Positions 28,908 through 38,109 of a stretch of 51,572 nucleotides of DNA are shown here, piece by piece; position 1 is the stretch's first letter; the number at the start of each line of letters is the position of its first letter. A model generated the notes under the pieces. The model made no database searches. It was not told the DNA's origin and saw nothing but the letters and a program-made list of their open reading frames with translations. The stretch is from Clostridia bacterium (GTDB taxonomy: Bacteria > Bacillota > Clostridia > Christensenellales > DUVY01). The DNA lies in assembly GCA_036562685.1 (NCBI GenBank), contig DATCJR010000092.1, forward strand, positions 1 through 51,572, written 5' to 3'. Both the position numbers and the translations under genes were made by a program.

Positions 28908-29837
28908 TTAATCAAAGTTAATTTTTTCACTAATGATATAAATAGGACGGTTTTTCACTTCGTCATAAACTCTGCCAAGATAAATTCCTATAATGCCTAA
29001 AGCCATAAGAGTTATAGACAAACCAAGTCCAAGAGACGGGAACAACCAATAAACAACATTAGAGATCACTTTGGTAAGCTGCAAAGTTAGGACTGCAATA
29101 TAGCCCAAAAATGAAAGCACTCCAAAAAATACTCCAAGTCCCAAAATAAATGACAAAGGATAATTGGTATTACTTATTATGCCGTCGCTTGCAAGTTTGA
29201 CCATTTTTTTAAGAGTGTATTTGGTTTCGCCTGCAAATCTAGGATTGCGTTCATATAAAACTGCAGCTTGTTTAAATCCTACCCAGGAATTCATACCTCT
29301 TAAATACCTGTTTTTTTCAGGCATGCTGATAATTGCATCTGCAGCTTTTCTAGACACAAGTCTAAAGTCCCCTGTGTCTTTAGGAATATTAAGTCCTGTA
29401 ATACGCGCCAAAAATCTATAATACAAAAACGCAGTAAGTTTTTTTAGCGGCTTTTCGCCTTTTCTTTTTGTACGCTTGCCATAAACAATATCATAGCCTT
29501 CTTTCCACTTTTTGATCATCTCGTGTACAACTTCGGGAGGATCTTGAAGGTCTGCGTCCAAAATTATTAGAGCTTGTCCGCAAGCTTCTTTCATTCCTGC
29601 ACTTACTGCAGGCTGATGTCCAAAGTTTCTGCTAAATGATATAACTTTTACCGTTTTATCTTCTTGAGCAAATCTTTTTAAAATATCTAAAGATTTGTCC
29701 TTGCTCCCATCATTGACAAATATTATTTCGTACTCACCGTCAAATTTTTGTGCGGTCTTTTTTACCTCACTATAACATTCATCCAAAACTTTTTCTTCGT
29801 TATATACAGGTATAATTAAAGAATATTGCACGCTCAT
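28908..29837 (-). CDS. GT2 polyprenyl-phosphate glycosyltransferase (CsbB/GtrB/ArnC-like) with two C-terminal TM helices.
   Basis: SLIIPVYNEEKVL, FVNDGSKD and LDADLQDPP motifs; C-terminal membrane anchor. Confidence 0.88.
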   Translation of the reverse strand: MSVQYSLIIPVYNEEKVLDECYSEVKKTAQKFDGEYEIIFVNDGSKDKSLDILKRFAQEDKTVKVISFSRNFGHQPAVSAGMKEACGQALIILDADLQDPPEVVHEMIKKWKEGYDIVYGKRTKRKGEKPLKKLTAFLYYRFLARITGLNIPKDTGDFRLVSRKAADAIISMPEKNRYLRGMNSWVGFKQAAVLYERNPRFAGETKYTLKKMVKLASDGIISNTNYPLSFILGLGVFFGVLSFLGYIAVLTLQLTKVISNVVYWLFPSLGLGLSITLMALGIIGIYLGRVYDEVKNRPIYIISEKINFD

Positions 29838-29859
29838 TTTTTTCTCCTAAAATCCCTTT

Positions 29860-30414
29860 TTAATGTTTGGTTTTAATTTCGGCTGTTTCTGCTTTTACGT
29901 TATCAGCGGTCTTGCGGTTATCTCTAAAGACAAAGACTTTTCGTGTAACATAATTAAATACTAGCACAAAAATCGTTATAACTATCTTTACCAGCCAATA
30001 ATTGATTTTGAGTTTTTCAAAGAATACCCACATTCCCGCCAAATGTATAAAAAATCCTATTATTGACAAGACAGCAAACAGCATCGCTCCATTAAATGTC
30101 TTGGCGTATTCTTTTTGCTCAAATACAAACTTAACGCTCATTATATAATTAAATACAAGACCTAGCACAAAGCCCATGCCTGTTCCTAGTATTGATGAGT
30201 AAGCGGCTATCTCATTTTTTCTTTTGCTGCTTTCAATAATGACATTAAGAAAGTTATATGAAAAGACTTTCATATTGATAAAATAAATGACCAAAGCCAT
30301 TACAAGCATATCTATTATAGTCGCAAATCCGCCCACAACCAAAAACTTAAATATCTCCCATAAGCGCGGATATTTTTTAGTCAATTCTGTTAATTTTTGA
30401 ATTGATTTTTTCAA
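29860..30414 (-). CDS. GtrA-family membrane protein (putative lipid-linked sugar translocase).
   Basis: Four-TM GtrA-like architecture (FKFLVVGGFATIIDM...). TTG start with RBS GAAGGGG. Confidence 0.8.
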   Translation of the reverse strand: MKKSIQKLTELTKKYPRLWEIFKFLVVGGFATIIDMLVMALVIYFINMKVFSYNFLNVIIESSKRKNEIAAYSSILGTGMGFVLGLVFNYIMSVKFVFEQKEYAKTFNGAMLFAVLSIIGFFIHLAGMWVFFEKLKINYWLVKIVITIFVLVFNYVTRKVFVFRDNRKTADNVKAETAEIKTKH

Positions 30415-30478
30415 GTTTTTCCCCTTCTTTAATTAACTATTTATCATTATAAATTATATAATCGCAATGTCAATACTA

Positions 30479-32332
30479 TCAATCAATATTGTATAGATAT
30501 ATTTTCCAATAACTGTTTTGCCTTTCGAACACACCGTCTAAGGTTAGACCAAGCTCATCAAAGTTATTGATCGGCAACGCCGAAAAGATGTATTGGCAGC
30601 CCATTTCTTTTAGCTTTTGGGTATTAATATCAAGATCATTGATTTGCTTGCCTGCATTTTTAGAAACCGTATATATTTTTGGTATTTCAGCCGACAAGAT
30701 ATAGCACTTATTGCCCCAATAATCAAAATATTGTCTTAAATGCTCGCTCTTTTCAAGCTCGCCTGCTATTATCTCTCTAAATTCATGCTTATACTCCAAA
30801 GGATAGTTTTGGAAAAAACCGTCCAAGGTATAAAAACCGTTCATACTAGCAATAGCCGGATAAATTCCAAGGCTTACAACCTTATATTCGTCTTGCGGTT
30901 TGCCAATATGATCTTTTATTATTTTAAAAAGCTCTTCATCTACATATTGTTTATAAGTAGGATAATTTTCTTTAATACGGTCTTTATCAAAAACACTATT
31001 AATGGTGGCATAATAACCTACATCAGGAGATGCAAACTCATATACGCCCAAAACGGTATAAGACATTACAACACACAAAATTACGCCAAGTACAATGCAT
31101 GCCGGTTTTTTGAGACCGTTTAACTTTTTTATAAGATTTTCAAATACTCCCCAATCAACAAGCAGCTTTAAACTTATTGCAAAGATTATTGCCCAAGTTA
31201 CCGCATAGCTTAGAAACATACGGTGAAATTGAAAACCTTTCAAAACTCCAAGATGATCGATTATAAAAGTAACAGGCTTGGTATAATACAATCCGTTAAT
31301 AATTGCGCACAAAAAGTTGTATCCAACCAGCAACCAAACTATTTTGAGATATTTTTTGTCTGTTTGGTTTAATTCGTTATTTTTATCCTTAACAATAGCA
31401 ATTATCGCCATTGGTATTAACACCAAAAAGCTATAAATTTGTCCGCTTGCGGCATGAACTTGTCCTACAAAAAACAAGACAAACACTTCTTCAAAGAAGT
31501 TTGTGCTTGTAAGCCTGTTCATAAAGATAAGCGAACGTTCTATGCGTTCGATGCGCATGGAAACATAGTTGTCAAACAATGTCATATATATCATCTTGAT
31601 ATTGGTCAATACATATATTCCTGTTAACAAAGCTAGACCGATCCAAAGATGATAAGTGTTTTTAAAGCCTTTTTTTATGGTAACTACAAGAGCAAGAATT
31701 CCAAAATAGACGAGCAGATAATATCCAGTCAAGATCAATGAAGACGATACTCCAAAAAACGCTATAAGAAGATATGATATTGCTTTCTTTTGGTTTTTGT
31801 ACAAATTCCATACTGCCAAAACCAAAATCGGCTGGCCATAAATAGATAAGCCATATACAGAAAATACAGGAAGGAGTGCAAAAATCAAACTTGCAAAAAA
31901 GCTGATATAGCAATACTCCTTTTGAATAATACGATTAAGTAAAAAATACAATCCCAAAAAACCTGTGATTTTTACAAAGAAGTCATTGAAAATATATGCC
32001 CAAAAAGTAGGCAGAACCATATATATCAGCGTTTGAATAGGAGAAAAGACATTAACAGAACCTACTGACAATCCGTCCATAATCTCCGGCATATTGCCGT
32101 TAAAGCTAAGGAGATATTTTCCGCTGAGCTTATAAAACAAAATTTCAGAATCCAGATTATCAAAAATACGAATATGAGAATTTTCCCCCGCTGCTAGGTA
32201 AGGAATATAATAAAGAACAATTAGACCTAATCCAATAAAAAGAAAAAGTCGATATAAATCTATAGACTTTTTTGGTTGAGAATCAATATCATTCATTAAA
32301 TTAATTTTATTGTTAAAAATTTTTAAAGTCAA
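30479..32332 (-). CDS. Large polytopic membrane protein with a C-terminal extracytoplasmic domain; candidate GT-C/YfhO-type glycosyltransferase partner.
   Basis: About 12 predicted TM segments followed by a soluble domain of about 190 aa. Genomic context is GT2 plus GtrA. The start is uncertain: TTG at 32332 or ATG at 32296, and neither has a clear SD. Confidence 0.6.
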   Translation of the reverse strand: MTLKIFNNKINLMNDIDSQPKKSIDLYRLFLFIGLGLIVLYYIPYLAAGENSHIRIFDNLDSEILFYKLSGKYLLSFNGNMPEIMDGLSVGSVNVFSPIQTLIYMVLPTFWAYIFNDFFVKITGFLGLYFLLNRIIQKEYCYISFFASLIFALLPVFSVYGLSIYGQPILVLAVWNLYKNQKKAISYLLIAFFGVSSSLILTGYYLLVYFGILALVVTIKKGFKNTYHLWIGLALLTGIYVLTNIKMIYMTLFDNYVSMRIERIERSLIFMNRLTSTNFFEEVFVLFFVGQVHAASGQIYSFLVLIPMAIIAIVKDKNNELNQTDKKYLKIVWLLVGYNFLCAIINGLYYTKPVTFIIDHLGVLKGFQFHRMFLSYAVTWAIIFAISLKLLVDWGVFENLIKKLNGLKKPACIVLGVILCVVMSYTVLGVYEFASPDVGYYATINSVFDKDRIKENYPTYKQYVDEELFKIIKDHIGKPQDEYKVVSLGIYPAIASMNGFYTLDGFFQNYPLEYKHEFREIIAGELEKSEHLRQYFDYWGNKCYILSAEIPKIYTVSKNAGKQINDLDINTQKLKEMGCQYIFSALPINNFDELGLTLDGVFERQNSYWKIYLYNID

Positions 32333-32343
32333 ATAAAATTATC

Positions 32344-32898
32344 TTATTTTAATCTATTTTCATATACTCTGTAATTCTTTTTGATTTTCTTAATATAGCC
32401 TTGAGTTTCTTTAAATGGAATATATTTTAAGGTTACTCCGTCATCTGAATATTCTGGGTTATTAAGCCAAGAGGACACATTGCCCTCGCCTGCGTTATAT
32501 GCTGCAAGCGCGGTATAAATGTTTTTGAATTTTTTTAGCATACTGTCAAAAAAATGCACGCCTATTTTTATATTGACATCGGGATCATACAACATATTAG
32601 TGGTAAAGCCTTCAATATTTAACTCCTGCGCTACCATAGCCGCAGTGGCAGGCATAAGCTGCATAAGCCCTATTGCGCCTGCGTTGCTAACAGCATCAGG
32701 ATTAAAAGTGCTTTCTGTTCTTATGATAGAAAAAATCATAGCTTCGTCAAGGCTATAATTCTTGCAATGTTTATAAATTATATCCTTATACTTAAGCGGA
32801 TAAGAAATCATGACATAAATATTGGCGGCAATCAGCATAGCCGTAACTGCCGTCAAAAAAATAATTGCATAAATACGTATTGAAATTAACTTTTTCAA
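32344..32898 (-). CDS. Membrane-anchored lytic transglycosylase (SLT/GH23 domain).
   Basis: IIRTESTFNPDAVSNAGAIGLMQLMP and AAYNAGEGNV motifs. TTG start overlaps the coaE TGA. Confidence 0.85.
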   Translation of the reverse strand: MKKLISIRIYAIIFLTAVTAMLIAANIYVMISYPLKYKDIIYKHCKNYSLDEAMIFSIIRTESTFNPDAVSNAGAIGLMQLMPATAAMVAQELNIEGFTTNMLYDPDVNIKIGVHFFDSMLKKFKNIYTALAAYNAGEGNVSSWLNNPEYSDDGVTLKYIPFKETQGYIKKIKKNYRVYENRLK

Positions 32899-33497
32899 AG
32901 CATACTCAATTCATGGATTAATTTGCGATACTCGGTCTTTATTTGATCAACAAATTCCTGTTCGCTGCCATTGTTATGTATCACCAGATCGGCTACCTTT
33001 AATCTTTCTTCATCGCTTGCCTGATGATTCAAAATATTATATGCCTGCTGTATGCTAATATTATCACGCCGCATCATTCTTTTTATGCGTGAATTTATAT
33101 CGGCGATAATAACCCATACGCGGTCAAACATATCTATCATGCCGCTTTCCACCAAAAGCGGTATGACCACAAAAACGACCGAACAGTTTTTTTGCTCATC
33201 TATCTGTCTTTGAATTTCTTGTCTGATTAACGGATGAGTAATTGAATTAAGAAGTTTTACTCTTTGTGTATCCTGAAAAACATATTGCGAAAATTTGCGC
33301 CTAATAAGCTCGCCGTTTGAATCAAAAAAATCATCGCCAAAAGCCTGTCTGATTTTTTGCGCGGCGATTGAGCCTTTTTGGGTAATATTACGCGCAATAA
33401 TATCGGCGTCAATTATACAAGCGCCTAAATCAGCCAATGTATTGCTTGCAAGTGTTTTTCCACATGCTATTCCGCCTGTAATTGCAATCTTTAACAT
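32895..33497 (-). CDS. coaE: Dephospho-CoA kinase.
   Basis: ITGGIACGKT P-loop, correct size, and conserved position downstream of polA. Confidence 0.92.
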   Translation of the reverse strand: MLKIAITGGIACGKTLASNTLADLGACIIDADIIARNITQKGSIAAQKIRQAFGDDFFDSNGELIRRKFSQYVFQDTQRVKLLNSITHPLIRQEIQRQIDEQKNCSVVFVVIPLLVESGMIDMFDRVWVIIADINSRIKRMMRRDNISIQQAYNILNHQASDEERLKVADLVIHNNGSEQEFVDQIKTEYRKLIHELSML

Positions 33498-33529
33498 AAC
33501 CCACCCTTTTAGACTAATCGTCTATAAAA

Positions 33530-36100
33530 TTATATTTCGTACCAATTATCTCCTATGCCCACCTCTACCAAAAGCGGAACGTCAAATTTCATTGCATTTT
33601 CCATTTCGTATTTTAAAATTTCAACTACCTTGTCAACTTCTTCTATCTTGCTCTCCACTATCAATTCGTCATGCACCTGCAAAATCAAGCGGCTTTTTAG
33701 ATTTTGTCTTTTAAATTCTCGCGCAACATTAATCATAGCTATTTTTATAAGATCCGCCGCCGTTCCCTGCAAGGGCATATTCATAGCCGCTCTTTCGCCA
33801 AACGCTCTTACTGTCCGGTTAGGCGAATTAAGTTCGGCTATTTTTCTCACTCTTCCGCTAGCTAGTACCACTTCGCCGCTTTTTTTTGCGCTCTGAACGC
33901 ATTGGTTCATATATTCTTTTACCCTAGGATAATTGGCAAAATATTTTTCTATATATTTATGCGCCTGAGAAACAGGAATATTAAGATTTTTGGCAAGTCC
34001 AAAATCGCTGATGCCATAAATTATTCCAAAATTGACCGCCTTGGCATCTCGTCTCATTGTCTTGGTTACCTGCTCGGGCGGCACGCCGAACACTTCGGAC
34101 GCAGTATGGGTATGAATATCGGCATTGTCGCGGTATGCCTGTATTAATTTAGGTTCGCCCGAAAAATGCGCAAGCAATCTTAGTTCGATCTGCGAATAAT
34201 CCGCGGTTACCAGCTTATAGCCCTCTCTTGCCACAAACGCGCGCCTGATTTCCCTGCCTTCTTCATCTCTTACAGGAATGTTTTGCAAGTTAGGTTCTAT
34301 GCTGGACAGTCTGCCTGTCGAAGTCAATGCCTGGCGGAACACCGTATGTACTACGCCGTCCGCATCAGCTACTTTTTTGAGTCCTTCAACATAAGTGCTG
34401 TTGAGCTTAGCGATTGTACGGTATCTCAAAATATAATCTATAATTTCGTGCTTGCCTTTTAGTTTTTCCAAGGCTTCGGCATCAGTAGAATGCGCTTTGG
34501 TCGTCTTGGTGTTTTTGGTGGGCGAAAGGTTAAGTTTGTTATACAAAATATCGCCCAATTGTTTTGGCGAATTGATATTAAAGCTCTCGCCTGCAAGCTC
34601 ATAAATTTTTTCGGTTATTTCTTTTAAATCCGCATTGTACTTGTCGTTAAGCTTGTTTAAAACGCCGATGTCAAGCTTAAATCCTACGCATTCCATATCA
34701 TACAAGACATCGGCAAGCGGCATTTCTATATCATAAAACAGATGCTCAAATCTTGTTAAATCAGGCGATAATCTCTCTTTTATTATGTTAAGCGAAACTG
34801 CTGGCGCATTTTCGTCGCAGTCATAGCGGTTGAGTAATTTTTTGAATATTGTAATTCCCATGCCGCCGTCAACTACATACCCCGCAAGCTGAACATCAAA
34901 CACGCCGTTTAGCTCAATGCCTATTTTGCTTAGATAATGGCGCATGTTCTTGTAGTCAAACAATGTCTTGATAATATTGGGGTTTTCTAAAAAAGGCTTC
35001 AGTGTTTTAACCGCAGTTTCAAAGGCTATTCCTTCGCCCAACAAGTTATCTGCGATAATGATTTTGTATTCATCAGATGTGTTAACTGCGATATTGATAT
35101 CCTTTTCCCAAACGATAGAAAATCCCTTAGTTAAATCAAGCGCGGCCATATCCTGCTCGGTTTTTATTTCTACCAAGGTAGCCGGCTTTTTTTCGGGGAA
35201 TGTGTTTAATGCAACTTCGGTATCTACGCTGTCCTCAAAAATATCTTTTTTTAGCAGGCTCTTAAACTTCAGTTTTTCAAACTGTTCTCTTATGCATGCC
35301 GCAAAAGGATAAGCATATTCAAATTCTTTTAAGGCGAACTCATAAGGAGCTTCTCTGTTAATAGTGGCAAGCTCATAAGAAAGATATGCCGACTGCTTGC
35401 CTGCTTCCAGCTTTTCTCTTAATTTATCAGTAAGCTCGTCCAGATGTTCATAGACGCCGTCCAATGTCTTATAATCATTAATAAGTCTTAACGCAGTTTT
35501 TTCGCCTATACCGCTGACACCCGGAATATTATCCGAAGCGTCTCCCATCAACGCCTTAAAATCAATCACTTGTTCTGGCGTCAGACCGTATTCTTCTTTT
35601 AGGCGGACAAGGTCAATTTCGGCGACTTCGGATAAACCTTTTTTTGTAAGATATACTTTGGTTCTATCGTCTATTAACTGTAAAGTATCTCTGTCGCCTG
35701 TAAGTATGATTACATCAACGCCGCACTTTTTTGAGATTGTGCCTATAAGGTCGTCCGCTTCATAGCCCTTTAGCTCAACTGTTTTTATATTCATGCATTT
35801 AAGAAGGTCTTTTAGCATGGGCATTTGAGACGCAAGGTCCTGCGGCATCTTTTTTCTGTTAGCTTTGTAATCGGTGTACATTAAATGCCTGAATGTCGGA
35901 TGCGCCAGGTCAAAGCACACGCCGATATATCTAGGCTTATATTCATTAATGGCTTTTAGCAGCATAGTGGTAAAGCCATAAACCGCATGCGTATAATTGC
36001 CCTGTGAATCGGTAAGCGGCGGCAACGCAAAAAATGCACGGTTGATAAGGCTGTTGCCGTCAATTAAAACTAATTTTTCTTCAAAGTCAAAATTTCCCAT
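33530..36100 (-). CDS. polA: DNA polymerase I.
   Basis: 5'-nuclease domain (LIDGNSLINRAFFA, GDASDNIPGV) and family A polymerase motifs (DYSQIELR, QVHDEL). Confidence 0.98.
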   Translation of the reverse strand: MGNFDFEEKLVLIDGNSLINRAFFALPPLTDSQGNYTHAVYGFTTMLLKAINEYKPRYIGVCFDLAHPTFRHLMYTDYKANRKKMPQDLASQMPMLKDLLKCMNIKTVELKGYEADDLIGTISKKCGVDVIILTGDRDTLQLIDDRTKVYLTKKGLSEVAEIDLVRLKEEYGLTPEQVIDFKALMGDASDNIPGVSGIGEKTALRLINDYKTLDGVYEHLDELTDKLREKLEAGKQSAYLSYELATINREAPYEFALKEFEYAYPFAACIREQFEKLKFKSLLKKDIFEDSVDTEVALNTFPEKKPATLVEIKTEQDMAALDLTKGFSIVWEKDINIAVNTSDEYKIIIADNLLGEGIAFETAVKTLKPFLENPNIIKTLFDYKNMRHYLSKIGIELNGVFDVQLAGYVVDGGMGITIFKKLLNRYDCDENAPAVSLNIIKERLSPDLTRFEHLFYDIEMPLADVLYDMECVGFKLDIGVLNKLNDKYNADLKEITEKIYELAGESFNINSPKQLGDILYNKLNLSPTKNTKTTKAHSTDAEALEKLKGKHEIIDYILRYRTIAKLNSTYVEGLKKVADADGVVHTVFRQALTSTGRLSSIEPNLQNIPVRDEEGREIRRAFVAREGYKLVTADYSQIELRLLAHFSGEPKLIQAYRDNADIHTHTASEVFGVPPEQVTKTMRRDAKAVNFGIIYGISDFGLAKNLNIPVSQAHKYIEKYFANYPRVKEYMNQCVQSAKKSGEVVLASGRVRKIAELNSPNRTVRAFGERAAMNMPLQGTAADLIKIAMINVAREFKRQNLKSRLILQVHDELIVESKIEEVDKVVEILKYEMENAMKFDVPLLVEVGIGDNWYEI

Positions 36101-36106
36101 ATGGTT

Positions 36107-36115
36107 ATTATATCA
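36107..36115 (-). promoter_or_regulatory. Extended -10 element TGATATAAT, 6 nt upstream of the polA ATG (possible leaderless transcript).
   Basis: Minus strand reads TGATATAAT-AACCAT-ATGGGAAAT. No SD sequence precedes the ATG. Confidence 0.4.
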
Positions 36116-36191
36116 TACATTGACAAAATATTAGCTTGTTACAGTAACATTGTGTTTTTCTGATATTTTCAAAAAAACAAGGTTTTTTGCC

Positions 36192-36238
36192 AAAAAAAGA
36201 AGAAAAAGCCCCTTTGGATGTTCCAAAAGGGCTTTTAT
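36192..36238 (-). terminator. Strong rho-independent terminator closing the phage-like operon.
   Basis: 13-bp stem AAAGCCCCTTTGG / CCAAAAGGGCTTT with a 5-nt loop, followed on the minus strand by a long T-rich run. Lies 10 nt past the holin stop. Confidence 0.8.
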
Positions 36239-36247
36239 TAAAAAACA

Positions 36248-36541
36248 TTATTCTTTATCTACTGTTTTATCAATCAAATACTGATCATCTTGATAATTTT
36301 CAATTTCATCTTCTTTTTGGAGTTCATGCTGATTTTGTTGCTCCTGATTTTGGTTATCTTTGGGTTTGGCGATTATTCCCAAAATCACAAGCACCGCCAA
36401 AACTCCGCTTATTATTTCCTCTATAAAAGGCTGGTCTATCTCTATTCCCAGCCTGTTTAGAATAGTCTTAACTACAAGCAGAATCGCGGCGCTTAGACTC
36501 ATCCAAAAGCCATAGCTACGATACACACTCTTGTTGGACAT
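36248..36541 (-). CDS. Phage holin, phi-LC3/SPP1-like family.
   Basis: MSNKSVYRSYGFWMSLSAAILLVVKTILNRLGIEID...ISGVLAVLVILGII matches the typical layout of this holin family. RBS AGAGGAGA lies before the ATG at 36541 (track start 36565 trimmed). Confidence 0.75.
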   Translation of the reverse strand: MSNKSVYRSYGFWMSLSAAILLVVKTILNRLGIEIDQPFIEEIISGVLAVLVILGIIAKPKDNQNQEQQNQHELQKEDEIENYQDDQYLIDKTVDKE

Positions 36542-36773
36542 GATTATTCTCCTCTTTTTGAACATTGTGCTTTTTCTCTATAGACTGCTTAATCTGAGCT
36601 ACGTCTTCGCGTATTTTTCGCACGATACCTAGATTTTCGCTAAGACCCTTGATAGCAGCCTGATACTTGCTTTCGCGGATTTTGCTTTCTTTTAACTGAT
36701 ACACCAGTAAAACGCAAAACAAAACCGCCCAAAGCCCGTTGGTCGCCGCCATTTTCAAAACTTCTTCCCACAT
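36516..36773 (-). CDS. BhlA/UviB-family holin-like peptide.
   Basis: ATNGLWAVLFCVLLVYQLKESKIRESKYQAAIKGLSENLGIV resembles the UviB/BhlA N-terminal TM plus charged helix. Confidence 0.7.
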   Translation of the reverse strand: MWEEVLKMAATNGLWAVLFCVLLVYQLKESKIRESKYQAAIKGLSENLGIVRKIREDVAQIKQSIEKKHNVQKEENNHVQQECVS

Positions 36774-36777
36774 ATTT

Positions 36778-37767
36778 TTAGCTCCTTGCTTCTATTGCGT
36801 TTAAAAGCTTTCGATAATAATAAGTGTCCAAAGAATTTTTGATTACGTCATTGGTTTCTGCCAACTTTAACGCTTCTTTTTTGGACATGCTGTTTAGATA
36901 ATCTAGAATATATTCAAACTTTTTTTCTTGCTTATGAGTGTTTAGTTCTTTTTCAATTTCGCTTAAGCCCGTAGTTTTGTTTTTCAAAATCTCATATTGT
37001 CCCAAAGTCAAATCCTGCTCTGCTTTTTGGCGGTTGATGTTGTATTCGGCTTCGTACTTGGCAAGCTCGTTATTGTACTTTTGGACTTCTTCTATCTTAT
37101 CGCTGCGCTCTTTTTTGAGTTCGTCTATCTCTATCGCAAGTTTTGCCGCATAAGTGATATCAAGGTCATTGAGCGCCGACTGCTTTTTGGTCTCAAGCTC
37201 AGCGATCTTATAATCTATTTCAGCCGCCTGTTCTATATATGAATTTCGGACTTGGGCTATTTGTTGGGCTTGTTCTTGGTCAAACGCCGCCGCCTGCGAC
37301 AACGCGATAGACGATCTTGCCAACCCCCTTTTTAGAGCCTCGGCTGCGGCAGAAGATTTTGCCTGACTGTAAGTATCTTGAATCACGCTTTCTTTTTGCG
37401 CCAAAGCATCATATAGCTGCTTTTTGTAATCGCTTAAATCATTTTTCTGATTTTGCGTTTCTTCCATGATCGCCTTTGTGCTTTTGTTGTAATATTCCGC
37501 CAAAGAGTTTTTTGCCAAGTTCTCTATCTCGCCATCAGTCAACGGCTGATATTCCAGCTTTTGCACGCCGCTGCTTTTAGGCAAAACCACATTTTCAAAT
37601 TGCTTGTCCACAGAATACTGCTCGTCAATATTTTTGAGCCCTTCTTCAAGACTGGAAGATGTAGATTTGATTGTGTTTACAGGGTTTATTTCAACCGTCT
37701 TGTTGTTTTTCTCCAGATTTGCTTTTATGTTCAGATCCTTTAGAAGTTTGGAATAATCTATTGCCAT
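36778..37767 (-). CDS. Coiled-coil phage-like structural or ejection protein, family unknown.
   Basis: 329 aa, rich in E/K/Q/A heptad-like sequence. RBS AAAGGAG. Confidence 0.6.
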   Translation of the reverse strand: MAIDYSKLLKDLNIKANLEKNNKTVEINPVNTIKSTSSSLEEGLKNIDEQYSVDKQFENVVLPKSSGVQKLEYQPLTDGEIENLAKNSLAEYYNKSTKAIMEETQNQKNDLSDYKKQLYDALAQKESVIQDTYSQAKSSAAAEALKRGLARSSIALSQAAAFDQEQAQQIAQVRNSYIEQAAEIDYKIAELETKKQSALNDLDITYAAKLAIEIDELKKERSDKIEEVQKYNNELAKYEAEYNINRQKAEQDLTLGQYEILKNKTTGLSEIEKELNTHKQEKKFEYILDYLNSMSKKEALKLAETNDVIKNSLDTYYYRKLLNAIEARS

Positions 37768-37858
37768 TATATACTCCTTTGTAATAGTTAATTATTTTGT
37801 CGTGCCGCACCATGCGGAATATCTCTTTGGGCGGTATAAACTTATATTCGTCTTTCAT
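37691..37858 (-). CDS. Possible small ORF (55 aa) missed by the track.
   Basis: Its ATG forms an ATGA overlap with the stop of the 81-aa ORF. Translation: MKDEYKFIPPKEIFRMVRHDKIINYYKG.... It overlaps the next gene by 77 nt, so its real extent is doubtful. Confidence 0.3.
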   Translation of the reverse strand: MKDEYKFIPPKEIFRMVRHDKIINYYKGVYNGNRLFQTSKGSEHKSKSGEKQQDG

Positions 37859-38100
37859 TGCTTCATCCTCAAACGTCCTTTTATGCTCTCTATGGTAAAC
37901 GCGTTGTTTTTAGCTAGCATGTCGCCCATAGAAATCAGCGTGCCTTCAAAGTTTTCCGGAGCGGATTTTCCCAAAACATATTTGCGTTCTTTTATGGTGT
38001 TATCCGCCTTAGAGTAAACCAAAATATATCCGCCGTCCTTGATATACACTCCGCTTATGTTCCTGCCCTTGCCTATCGCTATGGATTTTTGAAAAAACAT
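37855..38100 (-). CDS. Hypothetical phage-like protein (81 aa).
   Basis: RBS AGGAG overlaps the stop of the upstream 626-aa gene. Confidence 0.55.
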   Translation of the reverse strand: MFFQKSIAIGKGRNISGVYIKDGGYILVYSKADNTIKERKYVLGKSAPENFEGTLISMGDMLAKNNAFTIESIKGRLRMKQ

Positions 38101-38109
38101 CTATATCTC

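Noticed and set aside
31662-31913. 83-aa minus-strand ORF inside the large membrane-protein gene. The same applies to 21414-21659 inside znuA, 14549-14743 inside dnaJ and 2606-2812 inside the GH51 gene.
   Set aside because: These are same-strand alternative frames nested within longer, better-supported ORFs.
36187-36426. Plus-strand 79-aa ORF spanning the terminator and antisense to the holin.
   Set aside because: It runs through the terminator hairpin and is antisense to a recognisable holin gene. It has no RBS.
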